Assembly (NCBI GenBank): GCA_000320545.1
Contig: ADNK01002546.1
Span: forward strand, 1 to 64,000
Reading direction: 5' to 3'
Source of the DNA: Bigelowiella natans CCMP2755
Lineage: Eukaryota; Protista; Cercozoa
DNA: 64,000 nucleotides
Shown: in pieces, positions 10,332 through 24,081 of the stretch
Layout of the letters: the number at the start of each line of letters is the position of its first letter
How positions within the stretch are numbered: the stretch's first letter is position 1
Position numbers and translations under genes: made by a program
Notes under the pieces: generated by a model
Databases searched by the model: none
Told to the model about the DNA's origin: nothing
What the model saw: the letters and a program-made list of their open reading frames with translations, nothing else

Positions 10332-13300
10332 CATATATTGATATTTATGCGAGTTTATATTTGTGTGTATGTGCGTGTGCGTGTGCGTGTGTACTACACA
10401 CACGCACAGGTGTGCACCGGCCATCATCAATCACAACCCCCTCGCCCGAGCATGCGTTTGATCTCTGCGAATTCGCATGCGCTCTTGTGAAACGCGACCA
10501 TTTTTTGTTGGTAAAAGATCGGAGACCCGCCGACGCGCGCGTTCTCGAATGGCCCGATGGAGAGTGAAGGAGAAACAGGAGGTCTGTGCGTAGCACAAGC
10601 ACACAAAACATTGACCGCAGAAATCCACTGAACCCTCGTTCGCATGGCTCAGTGTGCGCACATGCAAACACATGCACACACGCGGGTAAAAGTGGGGAGA
10701 CGCAAAGCTGTGACCTCTCCTCATTACTATTGTGGCGAAATCTGAAATTGAGCCATGGATTTCTTGCACGCAACCCCCCCCTTCCTCTCGCCGCCCTCCT
10801 CCTCAGGAGTTCTATAAGAAACGAAGGCGAACAATGCATCTGCGCCTAACAAACATTCCTCCAGGAGCATCGAAGGTTGCTGAAAACAATCACCACCTCT
10901 CTCCTCTCACGTAAATCCTCAAAAGCCGATAAGAGTGTATACGAGGAGGTTTGCTCTCACCTGCGGCATTACTTTCGTCGCGGTCTGATCTGATATCCGT
11001 GCATTGTCAACTTGGGGGGGGAGGGGGGTGAGCAGTATTTTACTATTTTTGTGATCATCAGAGACATATAATGCAAGCTCTCGGAGATTGCGAGGAGCTC
11101 AAACCCTTGGGTAGGCCCCCCTCAATCGAATAGAGAATAGAAGCACACCGCTAAGTGATAGATGCATGTGTCGTGTGCTGCTTGTGGTGGGCCAGGGAAC
11201 TGTCTTTGGATATCCTATCTTGACCCTCCACGCACAGGACAGGTCAGCAAATAGCCGCAGTGTTTTACGCGACCACTCTTCAAGTCGAATGAATTGCATG
11301 GGCAAATGCGATGCTGGGTGTTGGGAGGAGGAGGAGTGGGAGGCGATGCTGGGTGTTGGGAGGAGGAGGAGTGGGAGGAGTAGGAAGCGGGTTTCGAGGG
11401 GCACACTGGAGGGGAGGGGGGGGGGAGGGTTGGAAGAGACTGAATATACCTTGTTGCCTCTCAATGAATCTGTGCAGCAAGCCAGAGGGTGCGGTCCAGC
11501 TTGGAAGGAAAAGATGGGGAGGTCAAACCAACAACGCAAAAGCAAAATATACTCATATGATGTATATATATTATATGAGGGAGAGGGGCGAGGGGGGGGG
11601 GGGAGGGGGGGGGTTATGCCCTGCTATTTTCATCTTACGTGCATAAAGACTTTACACGCTATATATCACTTTCTTCCCATGGTGCGATCTCCGTGTATAT
11701 TTGGCTGCGTCTTCGCAGAATATGTAGAAAACATGCTGTAGATCTCTCACGCTGACTTCGCTTCTTCGTCAGTGCCTCCGCCTTCTTTGAAAACCCAGAT
11801 GCCATTCCAACCGCAATCGCCAGATTTGACGCCAGGGGTACGAATACATGCGCCCGCATCACGATCAGTAGCTGTATTGATGGATCAATACACCGCAGCT
11901 CACTGTGCCTAAAATGTGCTGGAATCAAGACCTGAATTCACTTTATATGTGTGCAAATCCAAACCCTTCGCGACCCTGCGCGATATTGACATTTTTACAT
12001 CGGTGTTCCTGGTTTCTCATTTCTTCTATGTGCTATATGCAAAGGGGCAGAGCTCAGGATCACTCTCAAAGGCAATCGCCGCCAACGCAAAACAACTAGT
12101 CAAACATATTTGCTTCGGGCAGTGTAGGTCGTTGCGGTGCGAGTTGCTCACAAGACTTCTCCTTTGTTTTCCCTTCATGCCATCGCGCACAGATCGATCG
12201 AAACCCTACGAGTTAAACGTCTACCCAATGGTGCCAATCAAAATGGACAAGAAAAGCGGGATAGCGGACGCAAAAAGTAGAGCTCATGCGCGTATTGTAG
12301 GCTCGTTTTCGGGTAGAGGAGGGGGAGGGGGGGGATTAGGATCAGGTCTAGCTGATAGATGTGGTTATTATGGCATTCGTCGAGCTAATTTGCTAATGGT
12401 ATATCTTCCGGTGTGTTTTTAATTGGTGGTGTGATGAAGATTCTGGAGGGACCGATGACGACGACGATGAGGATGATAAGGATGAAATTGAGCATCAACA
12501 CCTAGATGATATGGAGGTGCGCTCGCGCCCCAACCGCACGCCATAGATGCAGCAATGTGCTGGTTGAGGGAGAAATTCCTTTTACACGAAGCTACACTCT
12601 TTTGATTCTCTGACGATTCATTCGTTTATGTTTCATATTGTGTTGGATTCGGTCTTTTAATAACAGACGCTTTGGCGCTACTTCGAGCCGATTCTGAAAT
12701 CAAACTACAAAGTGAGCCCAACAGAGCGTCCGTTGCGAGAGAATAGTCGTCGTCATCGTCAAAGTCTAACATTGGGTGTGCCTAAGTGTGTCTAGTCGGT
12801 GACGTAGATCGATGGTTGCACGCGCTGCTCGCTTTCCTGACGAGTTATATAATGTTACACAGACGAAGCACCAACTCTCCGCCCGGAATTTGCACATGAA
12901 ATGGTGAGCTGTTAGCCGTTGCCTTCAGCCTTACCGCGGAACTTCCAGTTGGATATTGCTGTAGAGTAGATTCTCACTCTTACACGATTACACAGTAGTC
13001 GAGAGAGATTTTCTGTGCGTTTGTATTTTGGATCTGCGCACGTGGGAGCCGGCGTTAAATCCATGCATGCACGCACGCCAGCATTTTCGTGACGAATTGC
13101 ATCTTTGACAGTTTAGGAAAGAAGATCCAAAATGAGGAAGATTCTCGCGTCATGGTGAGGCCTTCTTTTCTGTTCTCGCAGTTGCGGGCGATTGACGCTC
13201 GCTCTGTAAGAAAACTAGAGTCGTTTTTCTCGCAGTGCGAGCTCGTCTGCAATGATACGTGTGTTTTCCATCAGATCGTGTACGACTTTCCATTCGTCTT

Positions 13301-13954
13301 TGAAGGTGATGCGCGTTGTAATGCAAAATGTGTTTGGAATGGGATGCTTCGCGAGCACACACATACACACACACACACACACATACACACACACACACAC
13401 ATACACACACACACACAAACACATCGAGCGAATCCATTCGGCCGTCAGACTTCTTTGTCCATCTCTTCCCGCACAGGAGCTCTCGATAAAGACTGGCTAC
13501 GAGATCCTGCTTCGAATGAAGGCGATGTAAAGCAAGATGATGCCAAAGAGAAAGAAGGTTGGATGAGCGTCTCTTCTCTCGTCCTCCTTCCCTCCAATAT
13601 AATATATAGAGAAATATATTATGTATATCATATTTGTATATGTACTCGCCTAAGATCGTAATTTGTCGCAGATGACGATGAATTCTGGCAGGACAATAGC
13701 CAGGGTATGTAATGAAAAGCAATTTTCAATGATTGCCTAACTGTCATGGTATCTTCCTTTGTCGTTTCCTGGCCTTGATACACAATGTATTCCCATCGTC
13801 AGACATTGGCATGGCTGCTGCCTCAAAGCCGTCCTCAGAGACTCTGAGTAGTAAGAAAACTGTCCCGATACCCGCCAATAGTGACCAGAAGCAGGGTGGA
13901 ATTGAAATGAAAAGCTTGGAGAAAAACAAGCCGTACAGAACGATCGCGACGTGA
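3474..13954 (+). CDS. Intron-rich gene for an uncharacterized multipass membrane protein (could be two genes)
   Basis: Chain of AG/GT-bounded micro-exons: IRDTVKLPIWSPQWAFSF, LLRICYASAQIVTVCLVYFFDLVV, LSNILLFRPIMAMGLATQ, LMIVWVIFWQL, VVLDSEGLDLVLNMIAIDFVTKIDEDLLDES (8932-9023), an acidic exon near 12440, and terminal exon ...KNKPYRTIAT* at 13954. Confidence 0.65.
11308..11377 (+). repeat. 35-bp perfect tandem duplication (intronic)
   Basis: GCGATGCTGGGTGTTGGGAGGAGGAGGAGTGGGAG x2. Confidence 0.93.
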
Positions 13955-15416
13955 ATTGCTTTTGAAACAAATACGCACGATTTGCGTGTATTGTCAACGT
14001 GCTCTTAGTGACTGAGTTCTGTTTGTTCTTTCGATACCAACTTTTTAACACTGAAATATTTTCGGTATATAGTTGTACATTATGTCCAAATCAAAGTCCT
14101 GTGTTGCTGTGGGAAGGAAAGGATTTGGTGTGTGTGCATGGGGTTCCGGTGACTAACGGATGAGTTTTACTGTGCGCGTGTGGTCGATCTAATGCACGCG
14201 CGGCTGTGCGCCGTACTCCTGTATACATGCAGGCTGCGGTGTGCTTCCATGCATAGCACGTACATGTGTGCATCATGCGTACGTATGTGCATTGTTGCAT
14301 GCAAATGAGCCATGCATGCTGCATGCGCGCCTGCAGCAGCATCATGCACATTCTGTGCGGTGCAGACGCACGCACAGCTCCGTCAAATCCGGTAACGACG
14401 GGGTTGTGAACAGTGCAGCGCTTTGCAACGCGCTTTGAAGCAGCAGGCAGTTGCAGTTGGTCAAAGAAAAGTCATCAGAACTTGTCCGATGGCCAATGCG
14501 ATAAACCTCAAAAATGACCGAAATGTTGACCCAAATGTCCATTTTCAAGGCCTCGGTGAGCGCGCAAAGTGTGAAAATTCACACCCCTTGTGCAGAGGAT
14601 GCACGCTGTGCATTTGTTCTCTGCCACATTTTGTATGCTTTTGCGCGTGTGTTTGACCAATAAATGTGACATGCACGAAAAAATTCAAAGAAATGCGAGC
14701 AAATCCAATTACGTTACGCGTACACATGCCATCTAGCCATGCGCACGTTTCATATTTATTTCTAGTACGTACGTAGATCTGCAGCTGCATATGCATGTGC
14801 GATCGATGCGCATAGCTGCTAGTTAGATCTAGCTATACAGATGATACAACAAGGCTAGAAGGATTGGACTGCGATGGTGCTGCGAGGCTACGTATACATA
14901 GGTCGCGGCACATCTACACATAGCTCCAATGTGCGCCGAAAGCAAATGAACAAATGAATGAAATGTGGTCGAATTACGACGACAGCAGGCTGCGACACAT
15001 CTGCACGACGTGTTACTGGAACAATGTGATTCAAATTCCGCCGTCATTCTTCTATTGTTCATGCATTATGTTGCGTTACTCTGCGAGCTAGCACGGTGAC
15101 ACGGTGACGTCGCACAGCACATACAATGAATGAATGCTAGAATGAATAAATACGTTCTCATGCTTGACAAAACACATTTATTTATTTCGCTCGCATTGTC
15201 ATTCTCGCATGCATGAAAGCAGAAATACACAACACGCTTGAACGCGGGCGGATGCATGGAGTCTCCGCGAAGAAAAAGCTACTATTATTGTGAAGGAAAA
15301 CTTCGGTGCATGAACGCGCTCATCAAATGGCGAGCAAGCTCCGTGCTCAGAGAACGTAGAAAATAACAGACAACGAATAGCCGAGGGTCCTCCTAATTCT
15401 TCTTGTTTTTTCTCAA

Positions 15417-17555
15417 TTATTTTTTCTTTTTGCCGAATTTTGGAGGTTTTGCGAGCTCCTTCTTGATATCCTCCACTGATTTAAACAAAGTAATTCAATG
15501 CACAATTAACCAACGCCAGGCGAAAATGCTGACCATCGATGGCGAAATATTCCAAAACTGTCATGGTAGAGAATAGGATTTATTTTGTAAGAAACTACTA
15601 TGATTTGGGCCTACGTTTTTGTCGCCTCTTTTCTAAGTCTTCGGACATTCTTGACTCGAATTTCTCACTGTTCTCCTTCATTATCTTTTGAGACTTCTTT
15701 GAGATCTCGGGCTTGAACTTGCATTCTATCCGGGGAGAAGCGGAGACGAGCATAACCAACACACGAATCAATGAATATCCAACACATCCACTATTTTTCC
15801 ATCTCTAGTAGGAGTGTCAGAATTCTTCTAAATCAAAATACGCGGAAGAATTCTCTTGACGTAGCTGCTGCTGTGGCCATGACTATTGATAGCGTTATAT
15901 ATCGAGTGCATGTGTGTGCATGTGTGTATGTGAGAATATGTCGTTGTTACCTGGGTCTGTCTTATCGGCTGTGGTGCGGTTCTTCCGAGCCGCGACATCA
16001 GCGGCCACACGGTCCAGAAACGTCCCCTCGATCTACAGAACAAGGCAAACAATTATGGCGAAATGTGAGAACACAAGTGGCCATTGGCATAAATCAAGGA
16101 CATGCACGGGTAAGTTACGCACGCACACGCGCATTTTAAAGCTACTATTCAAAACAAGAATGGAGCTATTTGTTATTATGCTCAACGATGACGATGACAA
16201 TGCACACCTTGACGCCTGCCGGCGTATTCGACTTAGCCGGTTGGAAAGAGAAAGCTTTCAAAATCAACAAAGATGACAATCAGAAGGGACTAGTTTATAA
16301 AACGCATCTTCAAATACATATACGGTACGTGGCCATTCAAGCTACAGGGACAGACAGGGGAGAGAGGTGAGAGAGGTGAGAGAGGTGCTTACATAAGTGC
16401 GATAACTATTTGGGTAAAAGCTTTTCTTACCTGATGTTGCAGCCTTGTCTAATGCCGCCGCCTGATAAAAACGCACGGATTCGCATTGGAACAATAAACA
16501 AATAAAATAAATAAATGAATACACATATTTTTATTTATACATATAGTTCAATGTAAGTAGTAATAAGCGGCGTTAATCTACCTTCTTCTTTCGCGTTTCA
16601 ATATCGTTCTTAGCCCTTTCAAAGAAATCGCCCTAACCGTAAACAACACGTAGTTCCAATTGTCACTCAAAAAAAACAAAAACATACCAATCACAAACGC
16701 CGTTGCAACAATATCTGTGTGTTTTAATAAACCCTCCTGTCTGTGTTACGCCGTGTTCTTGGCGGTGTGATCTTCTTTTGTATTGCTGCAGTTGACAACC
16801 TTCTTTTCCAGCTTAGCCTGCAACTCTGGAGAGATTGGGGATATTGCTGGCTTAAAGCTGTACCTTGGCTTGGGCTGATGACAAATCGATCACAAAAATA
16901 GGGAGTGGACGTGAGCCTACGCATAGACGCTATGTGTTGTTTGTCCTTTTTTGTTGCACTATGCGAGACGGTTATGTGGAATTCGTTTTTGGCTGAATAT
17001 AAGAGAAATACATATGTGTTTTGTGCGTGTAACATCAGCATGGTACCGAAAGTCGCGCTTTCATCGCCTTTTCGTGGAGCTCTAGCATCTTATCCACGCG
17101 CTGGTGGAAACTGGAGTACGACGCCACGAAGTCAAACGTTATGTGGAGAGGACACACTCATATATGATTATATACACTAATGCATACGGCTTTATTGTGT
17201 GAAGGGCACTCGGGAGAGAGAATCGCGTATGGAGAGAAAAGCACCTCTCTGATTTTCCCTTAACCATCTCTCTCGAAGCTTCGCAGATATAAGGCGTGAA
17301 CGTGCAGTCTTTGTCCATATCTGTGGCGGTAAGTTCATGAGGCATATTTTCAAAAATACATTTGCAGCAGCGAAAGCAGCACGCAAGAGGAATGTAAATA
17401 CAGCATGCGTGGAAAAGCTGAAACCGCTCCCGATTCTGTCCGCAAGGAGTCTGTCCTGTTGTGGCATTGCGATTAGCTAAGGACTGCTTTATATTACCTT
17501 TGGGTTTCTTCTTTACAACAGGCTTGGTAAGCCTATCAAGCACCTCCTTGGACAT
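15417..17555 (-). CDS. Spliced gene for a lysine-rich coiled-coil protein with CxFxPxI repeats
   Basis: Exons MSKEVLDRLTKPVVKKKPK, DMDKDCTFTPYICEASREM, ECKFKPEISKKSQKIMKENSEKFESRMSEDLEKRRQK and EDIKKELAKPPKFGKKKK*, with canonical splice sites. Confidence 0.7.
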
Positions 17556-17857
17556 TCCTGTTGTGGTAAAATGAGTGCTTTTAGTGTATTGCCACAAAGC
17601 ACAGTCTGTATTGGAAAATACAGCATTATTCTCGATACAAATTAACCTATCGACTGAACGACCATATAAAAAATTGAAAAGTTGGGCGCTCTCACTCCCT
17701 GTTAGTAAATATCAGCTTCATCAACCTTTCTTAGGCGATTTTTTGGCTTCTGGCATGCTTTCGTCTTGGTCTTCTCACGCAAAGGTTTAGAACTTCTGAG
17801 GTATCAGCAGAATCATGTGTTTCATTATATTCGGGAGTAAATGGAATTATGACTTTC

Positions 17858-17899
<42 letters not shown>

Positions 17900-18955
17900 C
17901 ATGCGACAGGCAATTGGAAATAACTGCTGGCGCATGTAGACACGCATAAACCAGATGCATAAACGGTTATCCTATTCCCTAACAGCCTCAGGGGATATCG
18001 CACTATGCTATTGCTTCGTAATAACTTCTTTCTCTAACTAAGTCATCATGTTAATCACGTCCTGAACTCTACGAAACGAGAATCAGCACCGCACCTGGCA
18101 AGGAGGTGGGATGGAAACCCTTCGATTTGTGGAGAGGTAACTGTTCGATGCAGTAAGATCTAATATGCGTTTTTCTTACAGTCAAGCAAGAAGACAATTT
18201 CTACGAAAATAATTCTGTAAAATCATGTCGGCAAAGATTAAATACATGTATTTCTTACAAGATATTAAAACCCCATTCCTTTTTCCATTTGGGTTATGCT
18301 GCTAAATAATAATATAGAAATAACACTACGTAATTAGGAAGCGACATAATATTTTGTATGTTTTTGAATATTTGCAGATATCAACAATCTATTCGTTCAT
18401 GGGTGTTATTATTTTCAAAACCGGTATAAATTGATTAAAACGGGAATTTAGAGCAGTTTGAAAATATGAACTAAGTTCTATTTAAACGACAAATATTGAT
18501 TCCTATTATTTCTTTTTTTTAGTCCCTTAACTGTTTTCGTTTTGTACGATTTCAGTTCTCTTCTCTGGAAATCGGCGGTTTTGACATTCGATCCTGATTT
18601 GTCAAATATTCAGAATAATTAATAAAAAAATCAGAATATATTGTCGTAATGTATTTATGACCTACATTAGGGGATATAATAAAATTATTCGAGTTTCAAG
18701 TAGCCAATTGAAATTCACCACGTAAACACCAGGAAATATGATCTATTTAGCACTCAGGGATGTGCAATCTTTCAAATCGAATTTGCTTAGAATGGCGAAA
18801 ATAACAGAAAATAGAAAATTATTCAATCGGAAGAAAACTGATTTGCAATAGAATTAAAATTTACGTAAAATTCACCAAGTAAAATCCTAAAATACTTACA
18901 TATATCTTAGATACAAATTACAACACTAACAACACGAAAACCAGGACACGTTCCG
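17556..18955. promoter_or_regulatory. AT-rich divergent (head-to-head) intergenic region, putative bidirectional promoter
   Basis: Lies between the inferred start codons of the - strand CxFxPxI gene and the + strand antiporter; markedly AT-rich. Confidence 0.45.
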
Positions 18956-20867
18956 ATGATGACGATGCCGTTAGGGCGCTTCGTGTCATGGGCCCTTCTC
19001 CTGGTGTGATGGGGGATATTGCCTATTCCTTTGAAAACCTATGCAGTATCAGCATACATGATCGTCTGAACGTTTAAATTGCGGCGCGTCTTGGTATTAA
19101 AGCCGTTCAGTAGCTAATTGATTGTAATTGTGTTAATTCAAGGTATACTTGTTGGATGTTAAAACATCATTGGCCCATACCTCGGAGAGCTCGAAGGCTC
19201 CCTCGAGGACACCTCTCTCGTCAGTTTCCGTAAGTGATGACGGCATTGATGCCCGCCTCGAGAGTAGTGGAACCCAAACCCTTGCTGAAAGCACCGAGCT
19301 TCGGAAGAAGGCCGAACAGGTAATGCATGCTGCACGTTTAAGCAAACGTTGATGCGGGTAGAACATTGCGGTCTACCAAACACTCTAGCCCTTCTAACAA
19401 GCTTTAGAAAGCGAATTAGCGAGGATTCAAACATACAAATTGAGTCCGTGGTGGACGCTCTTTCTCCTGCTACTACATTACTATGCTGTCATTTTCCCCC
19501 GCCACAAGATGATCTCTTATAGTCTACCATGGCACGTACGTGCATTGTCTGCTTATAAATCACAACAATAAGGAGGAAGAAGACGCAAACCGGGAGATAA
19601 GTAAACTGCTCCGAAAGGTGCGTCTGTTAGATAGGTCAGGCATATCGTTCGCTCTCTTGCCCGCCTCTTCTTACAGAGGCAATCTGATGAAGGTCTTGAA
19701 TTTTGAGGCGCTATTTTCTTCATGTTTCATCTCCAAAGATTAATCGATTGAGAGAAGCTGGCTCGAAAGTCGTCGAAGCGGTTGGAAGATCACGAGCTTT
19801 CGTTCGCACTCGTGCCGATTATTTGAGCATTGAGCTCTAGACGCAACACTGCCTCTCCCTTCTCTCTCCTTCTTAATGCGCCATTTTCTTTTCCAGCACA
19901 CACAATTCTACAAAGGGAGAGAGGGCGAGAGAGAGAGAGCGAGAGCGAGAGAGACGAATATAAATACATCGCAACATAGCGTACTGACAAACGCGCTAGG
20001 ACCGCTTATACATGCGACTTGGTTGTTCAGATATTTGACATTGCAAAGCAAGTTGGAAGCGCCCACGTCCACGTCAACGTGTCCTCCATTCTCTGGTCAG
20101 AAATGCCACGCACCAAAGCGGAAGCACAAACACACGAAACTGCGCTTGTTTACAAGATGGCTAGGAAACGGCGTATTAGCTCTGAATTGCATCATGCGAT
20201 TGTACAATCCACCGACAAGACCAGAACATATATCACCTATTCAGCTGGGGAGGGGGGGCGGGGGGGGGGGGGGAGGGGGGAAGGTGAAATATACCCGTTG
20301 AAACCGCAAATTACAGGGACATGGATAGGAAGCAAGATCGAAGGGCCAAAGTAACGTCACTACCCTATTTACGATTTTCATACCCATTCTTTTATGGGCG
20401 ATGGTGGTGCTGCAGCACAGCGCTACTATATTCAGACGTTGATTGCTCGTTATTGATTGGTATTCCGACGGGGAACATCCCATTTATCTGTGAAACAGGT
20501 GATGGAGGCTGTTGCGAATACGACGCGACGAACTACGCATCTTATTGACTCCCAATCTCAAGCTAACGTCAGAACCGACACTCGCAAACACATACATACG
20601 CGACACCACGCTGTATAGAATACTGGATGAAATCGCTTGCATTTCGGATGGCATGTGTGTTGAAATCGGGTTCAGGCATGGTGGTGGGGGGGCGGCAGCT
20701 CCAACCGCGAAATGAAGGTAGTGAATCGAGCTTCTAAACAAGTCAGGTATGGAAGAACCACCACACTCTGCATATACAATAGCATGGTCACGCCTCTGCA
20801 TTGCACAGAAGATCCACCATGAAACAACATATCCTCGTGTTTGAGAGGAAGTCGATTCTTGTTGGCA

Positions 20868-20905
<38 letters not shown>

Positions 20906-21468
20906 TACCATTGTCAGTAATTTACTGGAACGAATCGTCGCGGAGCAGGAAGGGGTGCGTGTTAGCTTTTTTGTCCGTTTTTGCTCATTTTTGGTAGCTC
21001 TCATTTCTTCATTCATCCAAGCCCATCACTCAAATGATATCCTCTTTATTCAAACGGATTGTGTGGGTAAGTGTGTGTGCGTGTGTGTTGCGCAGGATAT
21101 AGATTCTCTCAAATCTGTGGTGAGGCGGCTTCATTTGAAATCTTTAAAGCACGCCTCTCTTATGCAGCAAGTACTCATTTCTTCACACAATACGATGCTG
21201 TATGCTACTTATCACGTGCAAAATAGAAGCCTTCATGTTTATTAAACGTCAATAAACTGTATGGGCAATAAAGAGAATTTCGGCGATACACGCAGTATTG
21301 GCGAGTGCGCTTCGTGCTAGCATTTCGCGCACTTTGTACTCACTAAAGATGTGGGTGTGTCGGTTGTGTGAAAGATACGTTCAAGTCTCACACGACTGGT
21401 GTCAAGACTGGACATTGCACATGATTCTCTTAATACGACGAATATACGGGTAAGTTACACGCAAGAAT

Positions 21469-21515
<47 letters not shown>

Positions 21516-21646
21516 CCTTGATCTCCTATTTTTATTCATCACACATACACACACGCACACGCACACGCACACACCAACTCAAGCTGAGAACAAATAAAGG
21601 ACTCTAAAATAAAACGGCTAAATAATAATGATAGAGAGACAGAAAC

Positions 21647-21693
<47 letters not shown>

Positions 21694-22056
21694 GGGTTGG
21701 GGGTGGGGGGGAAGAGAGACGCAGAGGAAAGATACCAAGAATTCTGGCGTTGTTATCCGCAAGTTCATCATTACTTCGTTTTCGAATATCATCATTTGCT
21801 GTAATAAGACCTCGCAGCATAGTTCGCAACATCTCTTTCTAAGGTTTCTCTCTTGCCCTCTTTCTCTCGCCCCACCCTCCTCCCCCCCCCCCCCTCTATC
21901 CTACTGCGCAGGTTGCAATGCTTGAGGCACTACGTGTTCGTGTAGATAAACGATCGGAATTGGAAAAAATGCTTCGGAACGCACAGGTTTGGTGCTCGCC
22001 ACAACAACGTGTTCTGACGTGGGGTGTTTTCACAGATGGACTTGAATATCACTCTC

Positions 22057-22093
<37 letters not shown>

Positions 22094-22175
22094 ATCTCTC
22101 TTCTCTCTTCTCTGTCTCTCTTCTCTCTTTTCTCTTCTCCCTTCTCCCTTCTCTCTCTCTTTCTCTATCTCTTCT

Positions 22176-22224
<49 letters not shown>

Positions 22225-22730
22225 ATTTATGATGAATCTCCTTCCCCCCCCTCCCTTCCGCCCGTTTTCTCTCTCTTCATCCTCACTTTCTTTGTGTGGG
22301 CGATGGTGGCGGGGAAAAGAGAGGGGGGGGGAGGCGTGTAATGGCGTAGGATTGGAAACCAACGATTGTATACTTTTTCTATTAGGTTGATTATGAGACT
22401 GGAATGCTCAGAACGAAGAATGGAAGTGCGATGATGAAAAAATAGTGATAATGATGATGCTGATGATGATAATGATGATGATGACGATTGGCAGGGAGGG
22501 AGCGCGTAATGATAACGAAGCTATCTATGCTACATTGCCTTCATCAAACAGTATACGCAAGTCTAGCGTAAAGAAATAAATATATTCATGATGCTGTTTA
22601 ACAATGCAAAGGTACAAACGTGTCCATCAACGATGTCGTGGGGTTAGGAGTGCTTGGCGTGAAGAACGCCGACGTGTTAAGCGACCCAGCTCAGATGTAA
22701 CGAATTCGATATGTATATTATGCATTATAT

Positions 22731-22763
<33 letters not shown>

Positions 22764-22822
22764 ATATACATATATTTATTGATAGATTCAAATAATTATT
22801 ACTACATAAATTTCTAAATAAA

Positions 22823-22856
<34 letters not shown>

Positions 22857-24049
22857 TTCATATGCTGAGTATACGCAAGCATGTATACAAATCTATGCAT
22901 GTAATTAACGTGCATCAACGCACATATACAAGAACGAAACTCCTGATATAAACTTCCCATTCGTCCAAATGTTGGTTTTTTGCGACGTTGCGGGTGTGAT
23001 GCTACATGCCGTTTGCAGGTACACGGACATTCCTCTCCTCTTGTCGATGATGTTTCTTATAGGAGCCGCAGCGGTAAGTCTTTCCAATCTTACACAAACA
23101 CACAAACACACACGCACTCACATATCGATCGTTGCGTGCTAGTGTGCATAATGCATACGTGAGCAATATGATGCGATTTCCTTTATTCCGACACTACCTT
23201 CATTAGACAGATCGAGCGGTTTTTGATGATTTCTCTTCACCAAAATAGATTCTAAAAGCTTTTTCTCCTTTACCTATGCTTGTCCCTCCTCCCCCTCTCC
23301 CCGCCCCCTCCCCCTTCATCTTCCTTCTCAATTTGGACGGATTTTACTGCTGGCAGGTTGGAGGAGCCCTTGTGAATATGCTCGGTTTGCCCGAGACTTT
23401 TGGGTAGTTTTCGATCTGTGGAATCCATCAAATGCGCGTACAACACACATTCGCGCACTACTCACACAAGCGCACGCATCCATACACATCCGCGCCAGGC
23501 GCATTGATCAACGCACATATATACGTTACCAGTACACTGCGTAGTCGTCACAGAGAGCGTACGCGTACGCGCATTCGGACACAGGAACACGTGCCTGATG
23601 GATAGCTGTGTTGGTTTTCTTTGCGTCTTTGCGCCGCTGTAATGTACCAAAGGTACATCTTGGGCGGCGTGGTCGTCGGGCCCTCGGGTCTAAACACGGT
23701 CGCGATAGCACACCTCTCCGGAATGCAAAACGGCGTTTTTTGCGGCGCAGCTAGCAATGGCCTCTAAAGGCGACGATGTCTTCTTGTTTTAACACCTTTC
23801 GAGTCCGGGTGTACACCACTGCGAGACTTATGTGATTTTGAATCGTGTGCTTTAGATGGCGGAGCTGCGAACGCTGCAAACGCTGGCGTCTATTGGTAAA
23901 TTGGGAAAAACATACGATCCATATTATAAATATATATATACTATATTTCTAATTTATGAGCGCGTGGCGCGTGTGGATGCATACAGTGCTAGAGTTAGTG
24001 GTATTATACATTATCGTGTTTCCCATCGTAATGATTTGTCTGTCAATGG

Positions 24050-24081
<32 letters not shown>

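Noticed and set aside
10518-10950. MORN-repeat-like exon peptides (LEWPDGE, DKSVYE)
   Set aside because: Too short, and the YEG consensus is not completed.
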